A stretch of 64,000 nucleotides of DNA, from assembly GCA_028534125.1 (NCBI GenBank), contig CM052823.1:40052001-40116000 (forward strand), written 5' to 3'. The notes beneath the pieces are model-generated. The model saw only the letters and a list, made by a program, of their open reading frames with translations, was not told where the DNA came from and made no database searches. The DNA is from Lama glama. Taxonomy: Eukaryota. The translations under genes were made by a program, and so were the position numbers. Position 1 is the first letter of the stretch. Every line of letters starts with the position of its first letter. Positions 1 through 10,563 of the stretch are shown here, in pieces.

Positions 1-279
1 CATGGGGTCCAGCATTATTGTAGATGAAGGAAGGGAGGTCATTGCCTTTCTCTGCCCTCCTCATTTTCCCCACTCTTCATCAGTGGTTTCAGAGACTCAA
101 CCCTAGGGCTACTGAGATATGGATAATTCATGAATGAGCCCAGGAGAGCCAGGGTCACTTGGACAGTAGCTCAAGGCCAGTGTCTCATTAGGGCAGAGGT
201 GGTGGGTGAGGGCTTGGGGGCCTAGAAATAGTTCTTTGGAAAGGGTCTGCCCAGTCCCCCCCAGCTGGTGTCTGCATAG

Positions 280-420
280 GTGTGCATAAATATGTGTGCA
301 TTTGAGTGTGTGTGCACACATGTGGATGGGTGGTTGTGTGTATGTGTGCATTTGTGAATGTTTTTGTGTGTATTACTGAATGTATGTGTATGTGTGTGTG
401 AGTGTGAGTATATGCGTGGA
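280..420. repeat. Degenerate (TG)n-rich simple repeat
   Basis: Runs of tgtgtg/tatgtg over about 140 bp. Confidence 0.85.
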
Positions 421-1885
421 ATGGAGGAGCTTTCTTTCCTTAAGCCAGAAGCCCAAGAAGATGTTGCAAGGTGCTTGGAGACCTAATGACACATTCTTGA
501 CTCCTCAGAGGACTTCTTGGTACCCCACTGGAACTCAAGGATGGGGCAGAAGATAATCTTTACCTTATCTTGGAGGGAACACACTTCCCCTGCCTCTGGA
601 AACTGACTCATCTCAGTTTTGGCTATACTGTCAATTTTCAATCAACACACCAGTTTCTCTGGCCCTCTGGAGACAACAGAGTGGAAAATGGGTAATTAAC
701 ACGTTGATTACCACGTCACCCAAATCTGGGTGATGGTTTTGTTTCCTCGGGGACACCCGATCCACAGTGGGCAACCAACATGTTAACAGTCCCCCTGGAG
801 TGCCTCAGAACATCCAGCTTCAGCAGTAGGGAGCACACAAGTTCCGGCACTCAGAGTTCCCAGCTCCTCCAGACACGCCGGCAGTAATCCCCTTTACAGA
901 TGAACAAACTATTTTGTGGCTCCAGGTACTCCTCTTCAATAGGTTTCAGATTATATAATATAACCCACATCACATTATCAATCCTTGCAAAGTCCACATA
1001 CCAGCTCTAATCATAGAGGGGGCCCAGCTATAGAAAGAACCCTCTCCCAGATCCTACAGAAAATAAATCCTAACACAGTCTTGGTCTCCTGGATGTTTTT
1101 CCTGTGGGTTGGGCTATGGTGCCTCACTGCAGTGCCTTTTACAGTATGATATATGTTCTCTCTCTGCATCCTCAAGAGATGCAGAGAGAGAATATAGATT
1201 TAAATAGAACATACATCTTTTGGAGTAAGACATGAGCAATGTAATTATACAGACTCTAAATACTTTGGGCATGAACACATGAAGAGAGGATGATTTATTT
1301 CTCTTGTTTAACATAGCAAAGGCCTGCCTGTGCAGACCCATCCTGCAAATGGAATAAATAACATAATGCAAATACATGTAAAGAAATCTGCAGAGATGTA
1401 AACGCATAGAAAAAATAAGGACTGTGTAATGTGTTAGATGAGTAGCCAGGCAGGGCGGGGTAGAGATATAGTGAACTTTATGAAAAAAAGGTTGTGTTTT
1501 TGGCTGTTTTTTTGTTTTTTTGTTTTTTTTTTTTACTCTTCATGTAGCTCATACAGGCCATTTAAGGATATAATCTCAAGGATTGGGCCATATTCACAGG
1601 CTAGTGTTAATAGTAAGCAATAGTCTAGGGGGTTGGGAATGAACGGATGTGGAGAGGGCCTGGGAGAGAGTCAAGGTGGAAAGTGAACTTTTCCCTGGAA
1701 AACAAGAAGGACAAGGAGGATGCAAAGAACATGACACACTGCAGAGTTTCCTCGCGGCATCATCCCACCCAAGGGCTGCTCCCTTAGTGTTTGTTGAAAG
1801 AGATACAATGGGCCATAGAATCTTCTCTTCACCTTTCCCGGTTCTCTTAAGCTTATTGTGTCTAGCCTCTTAACTTAACTTTAGT

Positions 1886-2238
1886 TGTTTTGGGTTTTGT
1901 TTTTTGGGTTTCTGGGGGTTTTTTTCTACTTTTTTTTTTGTAAGTTGAAGTATAGTCAGTTTACGGTGTGTCAGTTTCTGGTATATAGCATAATGTTTCA
2001 GTCATACAGGTACATACATATTCCTTTCCATATTCTTTTTCATTATAGGTTACTACAAGATATTGAATATAGTCCCTGTGCTATACAGTAGAAACTTGCT
2101 GTTTACCTGTTTTATTTATAATAGTTAGTATCTGCAAATCCTGAACTCCCAGTTTATCCTTTCCCAGCTCCTCCCTCCCCACCAACCGTAAGTTTCTTTT
2201 CTACTTCTGAGTCTGTTTCGTAAGTTCATTTGTGTCTT
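1886..2238 (-). mobile_element. Young L1 3' UTR fragment with poly(A)-derived tail (camelid/cetartiodactyl type)
   Basis: T-rich tail then ttgaagtatagtcagtttac...ggttactacaagatattgaatatagtccctgtgctatacag; same sequence recurs at 16.9k, 21.0k, 24.5k and 28.2k. Confidence 0.9.
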
Positions 2239-2909
2239 CAGATTTTTAAGTGGTTTTTATCCCTGGCTCAGTCATTTCCTTGAAACAAGGTTATTTTAAG
2301 AATACTGTAGAATGATCTTTGTTTGTGCTAAGGCTGAATGGGCCAGCATTCCTTGTTAGGCTATTTACCTGAACTGGAAAATATGCTGGATGCACAAGTG
2401 ATCAATCACCCAACGCCTCTCCCCGAAGTCACCTCTCTCAACCCACCATGAGGTTCTGTAGCTTGCTCAGAGCTGAGTTCTAGGCACCTGGGGATGCCTA
2501 GCGCTTGTGTCCTAATAGACACGCCAAGCTGTTGAGCTCAACTGTGAACCGCCGGAACAATTTCCCTCCGAGAGCGCACCATCATGCACATGAGCACATC
2601 CTGGCTACGTCTAGCTGTCTGCAAGTGCTGCGGGTCTTAATGCAAGCTGCCTGACCATAGGACAAAACCAAGGGCTCTTGTGAGCCACTCTGCATCCCGT
2701 GTCCCGCATCCCTTGTCCTCAGAAGAGCTGGTGTTCTCCTGCCCTTACTGCCCACCTGCTCACACCTCCCCTCCTCTGCTCCTCCCTCCAGACAACTCAC
2801 TTTAGGGACTTGCCTTCACTGCAGAAGGCAGGACATCTTTATAGCAAATATCCTTCATAAAAGATGCTGGAAACTGGCAGATATTTAATGCTTATGTGCC
2901 CGTCACTAT

Positions 2910-3080
2910 ATGAGTTGTTAGTTGTTTTGAAAGTATTATCTTATTTAACGCTTGAAAAAGTCCTCAGAGGATTTTTTCTTTTTCCTTACTGGAGAACTGA
3001 AAAACTGAGGCTCAAAGGGAGCGAGCAGTCCCTTCCAGATTGTAGAACTAGTGACAGGCAGACTTGGTTCCCAAACCCCA
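2910..3080 (-). mobile_element. MIR SINE fragment
   Basis: aaactgaggctca...ctagtgacaggcagac resembles the reverse-complement MIR core. Confidence 0.65.
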
Positions 3081-3224
3081 GTGGGGGTTTGATGCCAAGG
3101 CCCTTGTTCGGCTATCTCCCAGGAAAATTCATTTTGTTCCCCATAGGAAAGGATGAAGAATACCTAAGGTATTATAATTTTGTTCTATTTTTCCATCCAT
3201 CAGAGGAAAAAGGGTTTTTCATTA

Positions 3225-3460
3225 TACATTTTTCCTTTTTATAAAACTAATTACTTGTTTGCAGAAAATCACATAGGAAACACAGTGAAGCAAAAAGAAG
3301 AAAAAAAATCACTTGTACCCCACTACTCAAATAAAACACGCCTAAATTTTGGTATGGATCTCTGAAGATATATTTGATTAGAACACTTTTTATGGGTTCA
3401 TGTTGTACAAAGAGTTAACGTTGGACACTTAATTTGATGCCAATAAGTGGTTCTACCACA
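3225..3460 (-). mobile_element. Ancient L1 (L1ME-type) 3' end fragment
   Basis: ataaaactaattacttgtttgcagaaaat...aagaaaaaaaatcacttgtacccc, typical of an L1ME4-like 3' end in reverse. Confidence 0.55.
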
Positions 3461-3613
3461 TTCAATTGTGTAGATGCACCACAATTAAACCAATACCAAA
3501 TGGTTAGCCCTGAAAAGGAAGAAATATTGTTTGCTCATTTCATAAATGATGAAAGGCTGCCACCCCAAAGCATTAAAGCTAAACAGGAACAAACAAGAAA
3601 ACTTTATCTAAAT

Positions 3614-3858
3614 CAAGAGTGGCCAGACTTTGCTTGTAAAAGTTCAGGTAGTAAATAGCTTTGTGGGCCATGTGGTCTCTGCTGGAAGCAGTCACCTCTG
3701 CCATGACAGCACAAAAGCAGCCACAGACCATACGTAAATGAATCAGTGTAGCTGTGCTCCTTTGATTTTTTTAAAAAAATCATTTAAAAATGTAAAAACT
3801 ACTCTGAGCCTGTGAGCTGTACAAAAACAGGTGATTGGCTGCAGTTCACCCACCCTTG
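3614..3858. mobile_element. MER58-like hAT-Charlie DNA transposon
   Basis: gtaaatagctttgtgggccatgtggtctctg...cagccacagaccatacgtaaatgaat...tgtacaaaaacaggtg. Confidence 0.8.
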
Positions 3859-3960
3859 CTCCAAACCATTCATTCATGCTTGGAGCCCATCACTAGACCC
3901 ACAGATCAAGTTACAGAATCAATGAGAATTGTCTTTCCAACCCTTCCTTTTCCTGGATAT

Positions 3961-3987
3961 TCTCTCTCTCTCTCTTTCTCTCCCTCA

Positions 3988-4021
<34 letters not shown>
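3961..4021. repeat. (CT)n(CA)n compound microsatellite
   Basis: Seen directly. Confidence 0.9.
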
Positions 4022-4350
4022 GTTGGTTGCCCCAAAGTCCTTCCTTCATAGGCTGGCCACCTTCTCCCCACGTTCCATAGGCTCAAAAATTACTTACATT
4101 TTCCCCAATTATCTTTTTGGGAGCATTTGGTTATCTGACCAAAGTGGTTCACATGATGAAATGGTTGCAGGCAGTGCCTCCCTCGGGGAATTTTCATTTA
4201 AGAGAAAATACACCGATGTAGGTAACTGGATATCAGGGAAGACATTTTTGAGTAGCAGGATATCCAGTTCTTCATTCAGGAGGTTGTTTTGGTGTCATGA
4301 AGCTGGTCACGAAGGCTAAGATGACTAGTCTAATGGGTACTTGCTATCTA

Positions 4351-4567
4351 TAGTTGACCTGGAACAGCACGGCTCTGAACTGCACAGGTCCACTGACATG
4401 TGGATTCTTTTCCTTAGTAAATGCTACAGTACTACACTGTCCACAGCTGGTTGACTCCGAGGATGGAACCAGGACTATGGAGAACCGTGAGTGTGGCAGG
4501 TGGATATGGAGGCTGAATCTAAGGTTGGCGCCCCATTCCCCACCCCTAGTTGTTCATGGGTCAACTG
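4351..4567 (+). mobile_element. MER8/Tigger2-derived MITE
   Basis: Terminal inverted repeats (t)agttgacctggaaca / gttgttcatgggtcaactg flanked by TA at 4349-4350 and 4568-4569. Confidence 0.85.
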
Positions 4568-7429
4568 TAATTAGGGGAGCAGGACAAAAAAACTTAGAAA
4601 AATTAAACATTCAAACCAGGGGCTATTAACTGTCAAGAAAGGGATAAATAAATTAAACCTCTAAGCTCTGATGGAGACTACTGAATAATTGCCCAAGGGC
4701 ATCAAACCCAGGCATTTGAGGTCGCTTCTTCATATACTGGTAGACACAGGGCCTTACTCTTTGCCTTTTGTGGAGAGTGTCTTCACAATATCCTCAGGGC
4801 TCTAGGCTTTTATCCAGCTATAGTCCTTACTTTATGGTTTTACTTGTGCTATTGTATTAAGCAGCAACCCAAGCTTTGAGGCACTTCTTGAGCCTTCCAT
4901 GAAATAGCCAGAGATTCGTAAAACACCAAATAAGATGAGTTCACCAATCCTTTGGTGGCTGGGCTAGGGAGTTCACCACTAACTCTAAGGCAACCATTGG
5001 ACAAGCAGTGGGAAACAGGGCAACACGCGTGGGTGTGAAAACGTCTCCGGCAAAGGTCTCCTCTCACTAATAAGACGGAGGAAGGTAGGTTGAGTTAGAC
5101 TGAAATCACAAGAAACCTTTCTTCCTGAAAGATGCGTCCTAAACTCCAGGGCAGTGAAAGCCTCCTCAGAGGTATCACAAAAAAGGAGGAGCAGAAAGGG
5201 GCCCTTGAGACACAAAAGCCAGCTGGGACTGAGGGGCTGTTCACCAGTGGCTTCCCTTGCAGTGATGTTTGCCTGACGTCCGTCCAACCCCAAGCCCAGC
5301 CATGGGGTTCACACACTGGAGCTCAGGTCCACCCCAGCACGGGGGAGACTGGGGAAGGGTCCACCCAGGAGACACCAGGAGAAGCCCCAGGGCTAGGAGA
5401 GGCAGCTAGAGGGTCAACATCTGGGCGCCAGACTATACCTGAAGACAAATGGTGGAAACTACATCTCCCCTCCATGTTCTAAAAATTGCTGCCCAGATAC
5501 CCTTTTTTAAAATCACTCAATTTTCATTTCAGTGACAAGCACTAATAGGTCATTAAAATAATATGCATATTATTAACCCAGGGTATTGGTAACTGGAGCT
5601 CCCTGAAAGCCCTTGACAATGCCTTCCTGAATCTGACCCTGGTTCTTCATCTGGCTCCCTGCCTTGGCCAGGGTTTGATGGTTCAGAGAACAGCAAATTG
5701 CCTAGCTAATTAAACTCTGCAGTTTTAAAAAACATTTTTCTCTCATGTCAGGCTGCGTTCATTGGGTATCACTTTCTTTGAGAAAGCCAAAAATAAATTC
5801 TGAGCTTAAGATATTGTAGATAAAATTGCTGTTTTAAGTTTTAAATTGCAGAAAAATGAAGGCTTACCATGGAAATTGTTATTTAGCTGTAACTGTGGGG
5901 GTGTAGGTACAATGCTATTATTAACCTGCTTTACAAATGCATGTGTCGGGAGCTGTGAAGAAAGGCCCAGAATCTGGTGGCCTGATGCCAGTGTGGATAA
6001 ATATCCACGGTGAACTCTTCTCCCTTTGGTAATAGTAATTCTGTGTCTGTTTGTAGCCTCTCTCACCTTGGTTATAGCACTCTGCAAGAGTCAAGTGGGT
6101 TTCAGAAATCAACTACAAGGGAGTAGCTCAGATCCCCATTAATAAATAAATTATGCCCCAATCCCTGGTGCTCTTCTGAAATATGTTACTGAATGAAGCA
6201 AGAAATTAAGCCCCCGAGCTCCAGCATATCTTATTTGGCTATCCACTGTAATAACTCTGTGTCTCTATTCAAGTAACTCATTCCCTTTGACAAGTTAAAG
6301 GAAAGCTTGAGGTAAGGATGGGGAGAAATACAAACCAAATTGCCCCTTTGTAGATACCTTTCCTGGGGAAAAGTGAGAGTGCCGTAGTTAAAAAAAAAAA
6401 AAAAAGAATGGTAGCAATGTCACCTTGTCTTTGTAAAGTGTAAGGAGTTTTCAGATTTGGGATTTCAAGTCTTCTGACAACTTTTTTGTTGTTGTTTTCG
6501 GGTGAGAATAGTGAGGAATCTGTGTGAGGGAGGTCCGGCTGGCCCTGGGGAGTGAAATGGAGACCAGAACTCCTGGTCCCTCTCAGAAGCCTGAGGACCC
6601 AGTAGTCACTCAGAGTGCAGGTCAGACTCCACAGGGAATCGTGCACAGTGAAGCAGGAGGGTGTCAAGGGCATGTCTTTCTGCATTTAACAAATAGAATT
6701 TTACCTGGGAGATCATTTATCATTTAAAACCTGACTCCCAAGCTTGAAGAAACACCAAGAGCAACTGAGAAAGCTCCTGCCTGCTTCCTTGGAAAAGCAA
6801 TGAGTTATAACAAGTGAGGGAGGGGAAACAGCCTCCCACCTGCATCCTGACAACCTGTCTCATTAGTTCTCAGTCAGACTCCGCGGGCTCCTAAGGGGGC
6901 GGATGGTTTAGCCCTTGGGGCCACTTTCTGTGTCTGTGACTGCAGATTACCACGATGGTTTCTGTTTGTTTTGGGGTTCTTTTTGTTTCGGTTTTTCCTC
7001 CTCTCTATGGCAAAGCTATTTCTCTCTCTCTCTCTCTCCCTCCCCCCTCCCCACCCCCCCAATCCTTTATTTGACAAAGATGACACCAAAGAAGAGCTGA
7101 AGGCAATTTCAAGCAGGGAATTTTCTAGCTGGAGAGAAGGGAATGATGTAACAGGGCTTCTTTCCATTTCTTCTAACTCCACATTAGTATTAGCAGAAAA
7201 AGTTAGGGGCAGCAGCCATCTGTTTTCAGAACTTCTCTATTTCCAGGCCTTGTCTCTTTCCACTGCTGTCCAGAATTGTCCCTGGGTTTAGTGGCACAAT
7301 GGCCTTGGGAGGCTGCTCTCCTCCATCAGGAGGCCACTCAAAACTCTTAGTGGGTTTGTGTGCTGGGTCCTTAGAATCAGAAGGATCTTAGAGCTCATTT
7401 GACCGTGGAATCTCTTCACCCCTCACATA

Positions 7430-7620
7430 AATAATAACTCAGATCTAACATTTATAGAACACTTACTGTGTATTGAGGGATGTTCTAAGTGTTTAACTTA
7501 TATTCTCTCATTTGTTTCTCATACAGCCTCATGAACAAGGCACTATTATCACCCGTTTTACAGATGAGGAAACTGGGCACCGAGAGGCTCAGGAACTTAT
7601 GATGGCTGTCTAGAAGGTGT
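7430..7620 (-). mobile_element. MIR SINE
   Basis: ttttacagatgaggaaactgggcaccgagagg MIR core. Confidence 0.85.
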
Positions 7621-7659
7621 CAGAGGTGCCTTTTTACACAGTCCACATTCTAGCCAAAT

Positions 7660-8050
7660 TTGCTGGATATGCCCTAGATCTTCTGTTTCACGTCTTTGCT
7701 CACTCCTGTTCCCTTTGCTTGGAAAGCTGCCCCTCCTCCAAGCTCAGAATTATTCAAATTCCACCTACCCCTCATGGTCCAGGGCACACGCTATCTCCTC
7801 CAGAGAGCCCCTCCTAATTGCCTCCAGCTAGAGCCAATCTCCTTATTCTGCAACAGCGAAGAACTTTAATTGTGCCCTGTGCCATATTCTGCCCTTTATT
7901 TGCACCTTTTATCTTTAAAAACATAAGGTAAGCCCTCTAAGGTATGATGTGTATCTGATTTATCTCTGCACTCCCACATCCCTTAGCTCCTGCCTTGCCA
8001 CATAGACATACCTGCTGCAGTAGTTATCACGTCAGGAAAACATGCCTGGA
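7660..8050 (+). mobile_element. L2 3' fragment
   Basis: ctttgctcactcctgttccctttgcttggaaagc...cttagctcctgccttgccacatag. Confidence 0.55.
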
Positions 8051-9359
8051 TGAATATGCACACTATGTTATGTCACTTCGTGAAGTGATGCCCTCTTTAA
8101 TATACTGCAATTAGGCTCGTTGGATATATTAATGCATATTTACAAAAGGAGTATTTACAATGTCTGTCAAATGCCACACAATTTTTTTCTGATGGGGAAA
8201 GGCTTTGTGTAGTGTATAAACCTGCGCCAACAGAGCCGGAAATCCAAGGACCCCCGGGCATACACGCAGGGCACTATCTGCCCACACGGGCCAGGAGTCA
8301 CACTGCTCCTCTGCATTCCCTTGTCTGAAAGAAAGCGTTTCTGTCTAGCCTCTACCACCGCCCTTTCTGGGCCCATGAACTTTTGAACCAGGGCAGTGGG
8401 GCTCTACTAAGGGCGATTCTGTCATCCACCAATGTGCCCACACACGGCAAGCCGTGTTTACAGGCCACAGAAGCGTCACTGCTTAGCTGTGAGCCTTGGG
8501 GCTCAGCCACAGCTCCGGCCACCAGCCTCAGGGTGCAAAACAATTCCTCCCTTGTACACAGTGGTACATTTAAGAAGTCATTCTCGATGACATGTATTAT
8601 ACCTTCAACCACATGGGTAATTTATGAAGGAGTTTAAATCTCCTAATTTTCATGCAAGCAACAGGAAAAACAATTAGGCAAAGAAAGAAGTATATACAAA
8701 ATATTTTGATCTGATAATCTGGCAGGCTCTTACACAGTAAGTATCACTTTAAAATAGAGGTTTAAATCAACTCCTAAACCCGGACTTAAACTGTTTGCAA
8801 ATATTCACTGACGTCAATAAAGTGAGAGTTCTTGATTCTGGCTAAGCATCAGACTCTCTGTGGAATTTAAAACACACACACACACAGATACACACACACA
8901 CATACACCAGGCAGACTCTCCCTCTGGAAATACCACAATTTAAAAAAGCTGCATAGTTCAGTCTGATGTGAAGTCTGGGTTGAGAAATTACTGTGACAAG
9001 AGAAGACATAAAAGTAATAGGCAACTGTCAGTCCCAGGCTTGTCTCTTGCTGTTGCTACTTTTTAATCAAAAGGGTGAGGAAGGAAAATCAGTAAGAACA
9101 TTAGTTCTGCAAGCGGCAAGACATAATATTTCTAGCTACAGGAAACAGCGGGTGGCCATGATTTCAACACTAGTAGAAGCAAAACATTTTTCACAAGTAC
9201 AAATCAAACCAAAATACATAAAAAACCTTGCAAAGTCTAAAAAAAATGATAAAATTCAAGATTGGGAGCTCATATTTCATTCACATTCAAATACCATTAA
9301 TTAATTTTTGGTCATACTTCAGTATTAAAATAAAATCAGAATGTTCCTAGAAATGTGCT

Positions 9360-10417
9360 ATCTCCCAAGACTGAACCAGGAAGAAATAGAGAATATGAAT
9401 AGACCAATTACCAGTAGTGAAATTGAATCAGTACTTTAAAAACTCCCAATAAACAGAAGTCCTGGACCAGACAGCTTCACAGGTGGATTTCATCCAACAT
9501 TTAGAGAAGAGTTAATACCTATCCTTATCAAATATTCCAAAAATTACAGAGGACTACTTCTGAACTCCTTCTATGAGGCCAGAATCACCCTGATACTAAC
9601 ACCAAAGATACCACAAAAATAAAAGGGAAATTATAGGCTAATATCACTGATAAATATGGATGCAAAAATCCTCAACAAAATATTAGCAAATCACCCAAAT
9701 CCAACAACACATTAAAAGGATCATACCCCATGATCAAGTGGGACTTATCCCAGAGATGCAAGGATGGTTCGATGTCCAAAAATCAATCATTGTGATACAT
9801 CATATTAATAAACTGAAGAATAAAAGTCATATCATCATCTCAAATGCAGAAAAAGCTTTTGACGAAATTCAACATCCATCATGATAAAAACTCTCAATAA
9901 AGTGGGTATAGAGGGAATACACCTCAATGTAATAAAGACCATATATGACAAGCTCACATCTAGCATCATACTCAATGGTGAAAAGTTAAAAGCATTTTCT
10001 CTAAGATTAGGAACTTGACAGTTACATGCAAAAGAATCAAACTGGACTACTCTCTCACATCATGCACAAAAATAAATTCAAAATGGATTAAAGACTTAAA
10101 TACAAGAAGTGAAACCACAAAAATTCTAGAAGGAAATGTAGGCAGTATGCTCTTTGACATCAGTCTTAGCAATATTCTGTTTGGCTATGTCTCCTCAGGC
10201 AAGGGAAACAAACCAAACATAAATAAATGGGACTACATCAAACTGAAAAGCTTTTGCAAGAGGAAGCAAACATCAGCAAAATGAAAAGGAAAAGGCCCCC
10301 TATTGAGTGGGAGAAGATATTTGAAAATGACATATTCAATAAGGGGTTAGTATCCAAAATAAACAGAGAACTAGTACAACTCAACATCAAAAAACCAAAC
10401 AACTCAATTGAAAAATG
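9360..10417 (+). mobile_element. L1 ORF2 fragment, decayed and internally deleted, running into a gap
   Basis: Decayed translations match L1 ORF2p ([41 protein letters not shown]) with stops and frameshifts. Confidence 0.95.
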
Positions 10418-10563
10418 NNNNNNNNNNNNNNNNNNNNNNNNNNNNNNNNNNNNNNNNNNNNNNNNNNNNNNNNNNNNNNNNNNNNNNNNNNNNNNNNNNN
10501 NNNNNNNNNNNNNNNNNNNNNNNNNNNNNNNNNNNNNNNNNNNNNNNNNNNNNNNNNNNNNNN
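10418..10563. other. Assembly gap (N run)
   Basis: Ns. Confidence 1.

Noticed and set aside
564-667. Minus-strand exon-like segment with good acceptor and donor
   Set aside because: Stops in all three frames; at most non-coding or terminal, with no further support.
10015-10284. 89-aa ORF with real protein similarity
   Set aside because: Decayed L1 ORF2 fragment, not a host gene.
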